The notes under the pieces: model-generated
Databases searched by the model: none
What the model saw: only the letters and a program-made list of their open reading frames with translations
Told to the model about the DNA's origin: nothing
Shown: piece after piece, positions 56,193 through 64,000 of the stretch
How positions within the stretch are numbered: the first letter of the stretch is position 1
How the letters are laid out: each line of letters opens with the position of its first letter
Source: Candidatus Micrarchaeia archaeon
GTDB taxonomy: Archaea > Micrarchaeota > Micrarchaeia > Micrarchaeales > CABMGC01
DNA length: 64,000 nt
NCBI GenBank assembly: GCA_049966395.1
Contig: JBMFUT010000001.1
Location: 32,779 to 96,778, forward strand
Direction of reading: 5' to 3'
Position numbers and translations under genes: made by a program

Positions 56193-57341
56193 CTACTCTA
56201 CTTTTGATATGTCAGCCTTTCCCTTCAAATAGAGATATACAGCAGCATACGCAGGCAGAACAACATCTGCATTCTCATATGGACCGAAGGATTCGCCTCC
56301 CATAGCGAAGCCCTCTGATCTCGCAATGTGCGCCTTGATATCTGGGCCCCTTATGGCTATAGCCTCTTTCATTGGCTCAAATTTTTCTAGAGCAGCCTTC
56401 GAACCTATTTTCTTCGCTATGAGCCCCGTCTCGCCGTGAAGCGTGTTTGGCAACCTTATCAGATGCGAAGGATCCGCAGTGACGTTCTTGTCTATCTTGT
56501 CGCTTTGCGCTATGGCCTGCGCTTTGAGTATGCTAGACCAGAAGTCGTTCTTGTTCTTTATGTAGACCATGTCCCAATTTCCGTTCTTTATACCCATCTC
56601 TACCAAGGTCCTCTTGTTGTAGAGCTTCGCTGCTATCTGCCTGTCCACACCAAGTGAAATCAGCGCATCCTTGCCTCCCTCAAGCGCGCTTATGAAATTT
56701 CTCGCGAACTTGCCCCTCCATCCGTAGTCTGTTGGCTTTGGCCCCATGAGCATTTTGCCCTTCTGCCCAGCCGTCGGGAAAAGCTCGCTGTAGCTCAGCC
56801 CCACTCCAGCAATGTAGTTGCCTATCTGCCTCCTCGCGTTTGCGTCAAGCCCCCTAACCGCTTCGCTTTTGACGTGAAGGTGGTAACCCCTGTTTCCGCT
56901 GAAGTTTATCTCTATCTCTTTTTCTGAGAAGCCGAATTCAGGAACAAGGAATTCCTCTATGAGCTTCGCAGCCTCATTCTTGACGTTGGCGAAGCAGTTA
57001 TCGCACACCCAGTCCCTGCCGTGAACCTTCTGGCACGGCAAGTCCATGTCAGTCACGTCTATGTCGAATACAAGCTCTGAACCTAGCCACCCCTTAGCTT
57101 CCATTGGCGTTGCGTCAGGCTTGCTGTAATATGCTGTTGAATATGAAACATGCATTGGCGCCGTCCTCTGCATAAAAGAAAGCAGTCCCTCCTCGCCCTT
57201 GAAAGAGAGGTGCCTCTCGGCTATCTTCCTCTCGAAAGTGCCGTAGCCAAACTCCCTGTGCGCAATGTCGTCTGGCGCTATTCCTTTGGCAGTGCTGTAA
57301 TAGTCGCTTACCTTATGCGATATGAAGGATCGGATGTCCAT
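56193..57341 (-). CDS. priS: DNA primase small (catalytic) subunit
   Basis: HREFG, ELVFDIDV, FSGNRGYHLH, IDKNVTADPSHLIRLPNTLHG. Confidence 0.96.
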   Translation of the reverse strand: MDIRSFISHKVSDYYSTAKGIAPDDIAHREFGYGTFERKIAERHLSFKGEEGLLSFMQRTAPMHVSYSTAYYSKPDATPMEAKGWLGSELVFDIDVTDMDLPCQKVHGRDWVCDNCFANVKNEAAKLIEEFLVPEFGFSEKEIEINFSGNRGYHLHVKSEAVRGLDANARRQIGNYIAGVGLSYSELFPTAGQKGKMLMGPKPTDYGWRGKFARNFISALEGGKDALISLGVDRQIAAKLYNKRTLVEMGIKNGNWDMVYIKNKNDFWSSILKAQAIAQSDKIDKNVTADPSHLIRLPNTLHGETGLIAKKIGSKAALEKFEPMKEAIAIRGPDIKAHIARSEGFAMGGESFGPYENADVVLPAYAAVYLYLKGKADISKVE

Positions 57342-57410
57342 CTCATCAGCATTAGACAAAAGTAATATACCATAAAAACCTTTTAAAATCTCCCATGGCA
57401 AGGTAGTAGC

Positions 57411-57953
57411 ATGCCCGCAGAAAAGCAAATGAAACAAACAGTCGCGCTGGACTTTGACGACACTTTTGCCAATACGACATCAAGGATAGGAAGCATTAGG
57501 GACAGCGTCATCTCCACCGCAATAAAAAACATTTCGTACAATTTTGCAGAGATGCTCCACATAGGCAAGCACAGGATAGAGCGCGTCGTTCTGGAAAAGG
57601 GCACCAAGCTAGAATTCAACAGCGAAATACTTGCCCTTGTCAGAGAGGGCAAATACGACTTTTACATTAGCACAATGAACGGCGAGACCGAAGCGATAAA
57701 CAACCTGCTATCAGAGGAGGGCATACCTTTGCGCGCAGTGAAGAGCAATGACATAATAAAAAGCTCCGCACCAATACTGGTAGACAACAACATCACGACA
57801 GTGCTGAGCAGGCACCGTCGCGGAATGCCCACTGTACTTTGGGTTAACGATTTCAATTCTCTCTTCGCGCCTTTATTGAGGCGCATCGGCATACCTACCG
57901 CAAGCAACAAGGAAGAGCTTTCAAATGCTTTGGACAAAATTGCGAGAGGATAG
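57411..57953 (+). CDS. HAD-like hypothetical protein
   Basis: VALDFDDTF motif I and ILVDNN motif IV-like. Confidence 0.6.
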   Translation: MPAEKQMKQTVALDFDDTFANTTSRIGSIRDSVISTAIKNISYNFAEMLHIGKHRIERVVLEKGTKLEFNSEILALVREGKYDFYISTMNGETEAINNLLSEEGIPLRAVKSNDIIKSSAPILVDNNITTVLSRHRRGMPTVLWVNDFNSLFAPLLRRIGIPTASNKEELSNALDKIARG

Positions 57954-58081
57954 CTCCTCGCAGATTCTAAATATTTTTGGCTTCTGTTTCTGCATCTCAA
58001 TGGATGGCTTTGCGGTGAGCATTTTTAAAACACAAGCAAATGTATTTTAAATATTATGCTCAAAAAAGTAGTGATGATTCG

Positions 58082-58651
58082 ATGGGACTATTGCTTGATG
58101 GTACCATAGGCATAATACTGCTTGTAGTAGTAATAGCATTTGTAATAATATACAACACCCTCGTGTCGCTCAAGAGGAATGCGGATAAGGCATGGGCCAA
58201 CATAGATGTGCTTCTGCAGAAGAGGCATGACGCGCTCACAAAGCTGATTGACACCGTCAGCTCGTACATGAAGTACGAAAAAGGTCTGATGACGCAGATA
58301 ACCCAGCTTAGGAGCCAGTGGATGAACATACCACAAAACGACGTGCAGTCAAAAATCAACACCTCAAACCAGATATCGGCTGCGCTAAAGTCTATTTTTG
58401 CTGTCGCAGAGAACTACCCTGACCTGAAAGCAAACAACAGCTTCATGCAGCTGCAGCAATCGATAATGGAACTGGAGTCGCAGATAGCCGATGCTAGGGA
58501 ATTCTACAATGACAGCGTCACGCAGTTCAACATAAGGATGAACCAGATACCGTACAACATATTTGCCGGCATGCTAGGTTACAAGGTTTTGCCTCTCTTC
58601 CAGGTGCCGCCTGAGGAGAAAGCAGATGTAAAAATAGACCTGAATGCGTGA
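58082..58651 (+). CDS. lemA: LemA family protein
   Basis: N-terminal TM, YNTLV, AWANIDVLLQKRHD, AENYPDLKAN, REFYND. Confidence 0.95.
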   Translation: MGLLLDGTIGIILLVVVIAFVIIYNTLVSLKRNADKAWANIDVLLQKRHDALTKLIDTVSSYMKYEKGLMTQITQLRSQWMNIPQNDVQSKINTSNQISAALKSIFAVAENYPDLKANNSFMQLQQSIMELESQIADAREFYNDSVTQFNIRMNQIPYNIFAGMLGYKVLPLFQVPPEEKADVKIDLNA

Positions 58652-58655
58652 TCTT

Positions 58656-60713
58656 ATGTCGAAGCACCAAGTTGGCAAGGTCTCAGCTATTTTCGACCTT
58701 ACGCCAGTTGGCAAAGGCATTGCCGTTTCGATGCGGTTATCGGAGCCGATAAGCATTGGCGACAAAATCACATTCGACGGCTGGCAGGAAGGAATAGTTT
58801 ACAACGTCGACAATCTAACTCAAAACCACAAGAAGGTAGCATCTGCTGCCCCAGGGCTCGCAGCGGTAACCTTACCATATCCCGTTGCTATGGGCTCTAA
58901 CGTCTACAAGATTGTAGAAGATGAAGCTCCGCAGGCTAACCAAAGCGATGATCAAGGCGCAGCCAACGCCTCACAGCATACACAAGCAGACGCAGGCGGA
59001 GTGATACCTATTGTATTAGGCACTGCCGCGGCCGGATCAGCACAAACACAAAATCAGGCACCAGAGAATGCGGCTCCGCAGCAGTCCCAGCAACCGCAGC
59101 AAAGCGTCAGCGCTATCCAAGGAAACTTTTCCGTCAAAGGAATGTTCGCCGGACCGCGATTTTCATCAGCAGGCTCAAACCTCATGCAACAGATAAATCT
59201 TGCTGCAACCTCGACCGAATTCCTGCAATACAGCCCTAAATACGTAGCTAATATAAAGGCAAAGAGCATGAGCTATTGGCTCTGGTACACAATAGTGTTT
59301 CTTGTGCTTATTGTGCCACTTGGCATAGTAGGCGAAGCTTACCAGAACTCAAACCCGCCAACATCACTTGTGCTGATAACTCTTTTCGCGGAGCTTCTAG
59401 TTGCTGGAGGCATATTGATGTACATTGGCTTCAAGGAGTTCTCACTTGAGCAGACGCTTTCCTCCACGCCTGTCTCGAAGATTCACATAGCGACTTACGG
59501 CCTAAACAAGATGCAAGGGAAGTTTGCTCCACACAATGCGCAGCCGCTGAAATCTCCTATAAGCGGCGCAGAGTGTGCATATTACTCTATAGGAATATAT
59601 GCAGCATTCTGGCAGAGCTCTGGCAGGAGCAGGTATCTTGTTGTAGAGCCGGTAGGTGCGATAGGCAAGGGCGTCCCTACCCTATTCGCTGACGACAGCG
59701 GCTACCTTGCAATAGACATGATCAAAGCGCCAAACCTCGAAGTCATCTCTAATGCATTCGAAATAAACAAAAGAGGCATTGGCGCTGCCTTGGTCAGGGA
59801 AATTTCAGGAGGTATAGCATACATAACCCAAGGCAAACAGCTGGCAAACGAGCTGCTGCCAAAAATTACTGATGCTGCAAACAGCAACTCCACAGTAGAT
59901 CTTTCTCAGTTGCAAGGATTCAATATCAAGCCCTATTTCAGCAACAGGATTATAGACTTCAAAGGGAAGCTGACTAACTACTTCCATCTTAACGCGCTTC
60001 AAAATTTCGCATTCTTCCTGTTAGAACAATACATACCAGTCAATTCAGATTATACTTGCCTCGGCGCCGCCGCAGACATAAATAAAAGCATTGAAGGCAA
60101 GCCTGTAAAGGTGCTCGTGCCAGAACAGCAAAGAGGCATAATGGCTGTAAAAGCAGGTCAGGCACAGAACGCCACCAAGGGCATAGGCAAGCGCACCATT
60201 ATCAATCTCGCTATAGGAGTAATCTTTGCCATAGCAGCATTTTATGTTCTTTCAGTTTATATCGGAATGCCTTCCGCAGCATCAACAAACGTGGTCACAT
60301 CGCTAGCAACTACAACAGTTCTACCATCGCAGCCTTCAGCAGGTCAGCTGTCGACAACAACGCCTTCTACAACCGTGCCACAGGCAGCCGGAGCGCTGTC
60401 GGCGCAAGGTTCATGCAACGGCTTCTCAATTTCTGAAGCAGCATTCAGTACCGCAGAGAACAGCTCATGCTCTTGGAATGGCGGCAACGTCACAATTTAT
60501 GCAGGCGGTGGCAATTCAGGATATGTATCAGTGAATATAGTAGGCGCAGACGGCAAGACCTATTTCAGCAAAGGCACAAATAACTGGTGCTCAGCGCAAA
60601 TAGGCAGCGTATACCTTCCTCCGCAGAACTACACAATTTCTATAATGTCAGGCAGGGGAGGAGGTGCATGCAGCACAAACCCAAACGCTGTGGTTTCGAT
60701 TTCAGCAAGCTAG
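58656..60713 (+). CDS. Multi-domain membrane protein with a GIDE-like domain and a C-terminal extracellular Cys-containing domain
   Basis: TPVSKI..ATYG...PLKSPISGAECAYY...FADDSG GIDE-like pattern; three TM segments; Ser/Thr/Pro linker. Confidence 0.65.
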   Translation: MSKHQVGKVSAIFDLTPVGKGIAVSMRLSEPISIGDKITFDGWQEGIVYNVDNLTQNHKKVASAAPGLAAVTLPYPVAMGSNVYKIVEDEAPQANQSDDQGAANASQHTQADAGGVIPIVLGTAAAGSAQTQNQAPENAAPQQSQQPQQSVSAIQGNFSVKGMFAGPRFSSAGSNLMQQINLAATSTEFLQYSPKYVANIKAKSMSYWLWYTIVFLVLIVPLGIVGEAYQNSNPPTSLVLITLFAELLVAGGILMYIGFKEFSLEQTLSSTPVSKIHIATYGLNKMQGKFAPHNAQPLKSPISGAECAYYSIGIYAAFWQSSGRSRYLVVEPVGAIGKGVPTLFADDSGYLAIDMIKAPNLEVISNAFEINKRGIGAALVREISGGIAYITQGKQLANELLPKITDAANSNSTVDLSQLQGFNIKPYFSNRIIDFKGKLTNYFHLNALQNFAFFLLEQYIPVNSDYTCLGAAADINKSIEGKPVKVLVPEQQRGIMAVKAGQAQNATKGIGKRTIINLAIGVIFAIAAFYVLSVYIGMPSAASTNVVTSLATTTVLPSQPSAGQLSTTTPSTTVPQAAGALSAQGSCNGFSISEAAFSTAENSSCSWNGGNVTIYAGGGNSGYVSVNIVGADGKTYFSKGTNNWCSAQIGSVYLPPQNYTISIMSGRGGGACSTNPNAVVSISAS

Positions 60714-60751
60714 CAAAGAAGTAATAAAAAACTTAACTGCCATTTACTCAC

Positions 60752-61117
60752 ATGCAGCTCAAGGACGAAATAAAGCAGGTAATAATAGTAAGGACCGACA
60801 TAGAGATGGGCAAGGGCAAAATTGCCGCGCAGGCAGCCCACGCCTCGCTGATGAGCTATTTTGAGGCAGAGAAAAAAGACAAGAAGATTGCGGAAGCATG
60901 GCTTGCCTCAGGGGAAAAGAAGATAGTCCTGAAGGCAGAAAACATCGAAGTCCTGAAGAAGCTGCATGATGCATTCAAGTACAAGGGCGTCCCGTGCGCA
61001 CTGGTTACAGATGCGGGCTTGACAGAGCTTCCGCCGGGCACTATAACTGCACTTGGCATAGGCCCGTGGCACAGCGTAGAGATAGACGCCTTTACGTCTA
61101 CGCTAAAGCTGCTTTGA
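60752..61117 (+). CDS. pth2: Peptidyl-tRNA hydrolase Pth2
   Basis: MGKGKIAAQAAHA, KKIVLK, DAGLTE..PGT.TALGIGP. Confidence 0.96.
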   Translation: MQLKDEIKQVIIVRTDIEMGKGKIAAQAAHASLMSYFEAEKKDKKIAEAWLASGEKKIVLKAENIEVLKKLHDAFKYKGVPCALVTDAGLTELPPGTITALGIGPWHSVEIDAFTSTLKLL

Positions 61118-61119
61118 AA

Positions 61120-62031
61120 TTACACATAAGTTAGCCATTCACTAAACTCTTTGCTGTTCCCGTGAACCACGTTGTAGTAGTTTGTGCTTAAGAGCTTTGT
61201 TACTGGACCTATCCCTTTGCCTATGGCTCTTGAATCTATGGATATAATAGGCGTTATCTCGGCCGCGGTGCCAGCGAAGAAAGCCTCGTCGCATATGTAC
61301 GCTTCCTCCTTGTGAACCTCCCTTTCTTCAGTGTCTAAGCCTATGCTCTCAGCAATTTTTATTATGCTATCCCTTGTTATTCCGAGCAGTATGTCCGCGC
61401 TTCTCGAAGGTGTCACAAGCTTACCGCTCTCTACGAAAAATATATTCTCTCCCGGGCCTTCCGCAATGTAACCATTTGTAGAAGTCAGGATCGCCTCATC
61501 TGCGCCAGCGTTCTTGGCCTCTATCGAGGCAATGACTGAGTTGGCGTAGTTGCCGCTAGCCTTTGCCAACGGCGGCAGTATCGACGAATTTATCCTGTGC
61601 CACGAAACTATCTTGCACTTTACCCCTTTGTCCTTGTTTGCAAAATAGCTGCCGAAAGGCACCGCTACTATCGCAACGCTTACTTTCTTTCCGGTTACAT
61701 TGAGACCTATATTGTCATCGTTGTAAAACGCAAAAGGTCTTATATACGCCTCATTCAGGCCATTTTTTCTTACCGATTCAACTATGGCGTCGCCTATTTC
61801 TTTTTCAGAATACCCAAGGTTCATGTTATAGATTTTTGCTGTATTGAAGAACCTCTTCACGTGTTCTTCAAGCCTGAATATTGCAGTCCCTTTTTTGGTT
61901 GAATATGCGCGTATTCCTTCGAATATGCCGCTGCCGTATTGCAACGAGTGCGTAAGTATAGGCACCTTTGCGTCTGCATAACTGACAAACTTGCCGTCAA
62001 GCCACACCTTCATGTTTCCTTTTTGCGCCAT
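61120..62031 (-). CDS. ilvE: Branched-chain amino acid aminotransferase
   Basis: LQYGSGIFEGIRAY, YIRP, AKASGNY, EGPGENIF, LLGITRD, GTAAEITP. Confidence 0.96.
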   Translation of the reverse strand: MAQKGNMKVWLDGKFVSYADAKVPILTHSLQYGSGIFEGIRAYSTKKGTAIFRLEEHVKRFFNTAKIYNMNLGYSEKEIGDAIVESVRKNGLNEAYIRPFAFYNDDNIGLNVTGKKVSVAIVAVPFGSYFANKDKGVKCKIVSWHRINSSILPPLAKASGNYANSVIASIEAKNAGADEAILTSTNGYIAEGPGENIFFVESGKLVTPSRSADILLGITRDSIIKIAESIGLDTEEREVHKEEAYICDEAFFAGTAAEITPIISIDSRAIGKGIGPVTKLLSTNYYNVVHGNSKEFSEWLTYV

Positions 62032-62071
62032 GCAATCACTCCTAATACGCAGCAAAAACTATAATATTTGC

Positions 62072-62809
62072 CTAGCGCAGCGCGAAACTCTGCGCAATGC
62101 ATCTCTGCCCGTAGTAGAAACAAGCGAAGTCGGAGCTGTTTGTCATTGGCATGTAGAACGCGGCTTCTCTCCAAGGCTTTCCTGAGATTCCAAGCTTGTA
62201 GATCCGCGCCGCACCTGAACTGTTAACAGCATTGTCATAAACCTGCAGGTTGGAGAGCCTTCCGAAGAATGGTGCAAAAGTCTGGCTGCCGTTTATGTAG
62301 AATGTCGAGGTGCGCTTGCCTACTTCAATTATCCTGCCCACAGCCATACTATACGGCGTGGCGGTAACGTTTGCAAGCCTGCCGTCTATGTACATGGTGA
62401 TGTACGTGCCATTGTACACGCATATTATGTTGTGCCATTTGTGCGTTCCAATGAAAGGCACTTCTGCGAACCTCCATCCTGCAGTATAATTGCCCTCCAC
62501 CCGCTCGTCGCTGAAAACGCCGCAGGTTGTTTTTGGCCCTACTTCGCCGCCTGTACCTACATACCAGTCTGAGTGCTCGTTCTCACCTATGCCCTGCGCA
62601 ACAGCAACGCCCGTGCCGTTGAATTCAGAATAATTGAGCCACACCGAAACTGTAAAGTTGCCGTTAACACTGGCATTGTAGAGGAGGTATCTGCTGCCGT
62701 TGAACAGCATTCCTTGCGCTGCAGAAGTTCGCGGCACTGCGTAAAATAGCAGCACCAGAAGCGCCGACAGCGCAACAACAATCGCAACCACTATTATTGC
62801 CTCTCTCAT
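62072..62809 (-). CDS. Membrane-anchored LamG/concanavalin A-like domain protein
   Basis: N-terminal TM, FTVSVW...KWHNI..YNG...MYIDG...FFGRLSNLQVY. Confidence 0.85.
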   Translation of the reverse strand: MREAIIVVAIVVALSALLVLLFYAVPRTSAAQGMLFNGSRYLLYNASVNGNFTVSVWLNYSEFNGTGVAVAQGIGENEHSDWYVGTGGEVGPKTTCGVFSDERVEGNYTAGWRFAEVPFIGTHKWHNIICVYNGTYITMYIDGRLANVTATPYSMAVGRIIEVGKRTSTFYINGSQTFAPFFGRLSNLQVYDNAVNSSGAARIYKLGISGKPWREAAFYMPMTNSSDFACFYYGQRCIAQSFALR

Positions 62810-62819
62810 AAGCTCCCTT

Positions 62820-63914
62820 TTACGCCTTACCGAAAAGGCTTTTCAGCATCCTTTTTGGGCTGTCCATATCGCCGTGCCTTGACAGAAATCCTTCTATGCC
62901 CATAACTTTAAGCAAAGAAGCAAACGCGCCCAATGCTCCTGTATCAAAGTGGGAATAGATCCAATGTATTGCCCCGTGCATCCTCGCATCTGCACCGAAG
63001 TTGCGCATCCACTCCTTCTGGTAGTCTATAAGCAGCCCATCGCCAGACAGATACTTCTGTATTGCTACAGCTGCCATTATCGCAGCATTGCCGCCAAATA
63101 TGATTCCTCCGCCTGTTGACTGCTTTGTCTGGCCGGCGGCGTCGCCGACAAGCAGGACGTCCTTCTTTTCGTCAACGAAATTTTTGCGGAGGGAAAGCGG
63201 AATTATGCTTGCCTCGGCTCCAAGCGCCTTTGCGCCATCAATCATTTCTGCCACTTCCTTAATCTTTACAAAACTGTCGAATGCCCTTCTGCTGTTTCCT
63301 CGCGTGGAGTCTATGCCAACCGCAACTTCTATCTTGTCTTTGGCTATCGGTGCGACCCATCCAAAGAAGCCAGGTGTTATCTTTGTATCGACAAAGATGT
63401 CGACAACGTCTATGTCTGAAACGTCTGTATGGTACTCCGCTCTATAGGTAAGCACATACCTGCTTATGGGCTCAAAATCGAATGACTTTGCAACCATCGA
63501 GACAGCGCCGTCGGCTCCAACAACGACGCTCTCTTTTGCAAAGCTCCTTATTTCGCTCTCGCTAATTCTATGCCCGAGCTCAACTTTCGCTCCCGCACTC
63601 ACAGCTTCGTCGTAGCAAATCTCATTCAGCCTGAGCCTGTCAACTGCGTATGCAACTGGTTTCTCGGAATGCACTTTAAGCAGCGTCTTGCCTATGTGGA
63701 TTCTCGCTCCTCCAAGCTCGTTCTCTACTGCCTTCTTGTAGTTTATGCCAAGCGCGCCAATCCCTCTTATCGAAAGTATGCCGCTAGCTTTCACGGGATA
63801 GCCGACGCGCTTCTTCTGCTCGTACACAGTAGTGCGTATGCCATTTGTTGCAAGCCTTTTTGCTAACATCAGCCCAACAACCCCCGCGCCAACTATCTTG
63901 ACATCTTTTTCCAT
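62820..63914 (-). CDS. Geranylgeranyl reductase family FAD oxidoreductase
   Basis: IVGAGVVG, GADG..S, PGFFGWVAP, LVGDAAGQTK.STGGGI. Confidence 0.88.
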   Translation of the reverse strand: MEKDVKIVGAGVVGLMLAKRLATNGIRTTVYEQKKRVGYPVKASGILSIRGIGALGINYKKAVENELGGARIHIGKTLLKVHSEKPVAYAVDRLRLNEICYDEAVSAGAKVELGHRISESEIRSFAKESVVVGADGAVSMVAKSFDFEPISRYVLTYRAEYHTDVSDIDVVDIFVDTKITPGFFGWVAPIAKDKIEVAVGIDSTRGNSRRAFDSFVKIKEVAEMIDGAKALGAEASIIPLSLRKNFVDEKKDVLLVGDAAGQTKQSTGGGIIFGGNAAIMAAVAIQKYLSGDGLLIDYQKEWMRNFGADARMHGAIHWIYSHFDTGALGAFASLLKVMGIEGFLSRHGDMDSPKRMLKSLFGKA

Positions 63915-64000
63915 CGCAGCAAATAATGGCAGATAACATATTTAAGGTTTGAAGATGCGTTGCCACTGCTAGTTTAAGGCTAATCCACGCAAAGCGTTCA

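Overview
This is a gene-dense archaeal chromosomal segment, most consistent with a DPANN Micrarchaeota (ARMAN-like) genome; that placement is inferred from gene content, tRNA intron positions and the style of the pilin-like signal peptide. It carries mostly core genes. Replication and repair: mre11 (partial), gins15, gyrB-gyrA, lhr, radA, RNase HII, polB, fen, priS and an Exo5-like nuclease. Transcription: tfe, mbf1 and the rpoH-B''-B'-A'-A'' operon ending in Sm and tRNA-Ala. Translation: rpl44e, aIF2alpha, dph5, map, alaS, a stand-alone ThrRS editing domain and pth2. Metabolism: aconitase, isocitrate dehydrogenase, nrdR-nrdJ, carS, ribB, ilvE and a geranylgeranyl reductase. There are also several surface proteins and five tRNAs. 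No CRISPR array, prophage or transposase is visible. The most notable signals are: (1) two tRNAs with non-canonical BHB/BHL introns (Gly-CCC 29/30, 11 nt; Ala-GGC 59/60, 27 nt); (2) a bacterial-type NrdR with tandem NrdR boxes placed on an archaeal TATA promoter; (3) genes that appear to need non-canonical start codons (ATT in RNase HII, probably ACG and GCG in two others), plus C55 in two tRNA T-loops, which raises a speculative C-to-U editing or relaxed-initiation hypothesis; (4) an orphan structured small-RNA candidate at about 18068-18125; (5) a 130-bp AT-rich element bounded by inverted repeats between tRNA-iMet and gins15 (MITE or origin candidate).
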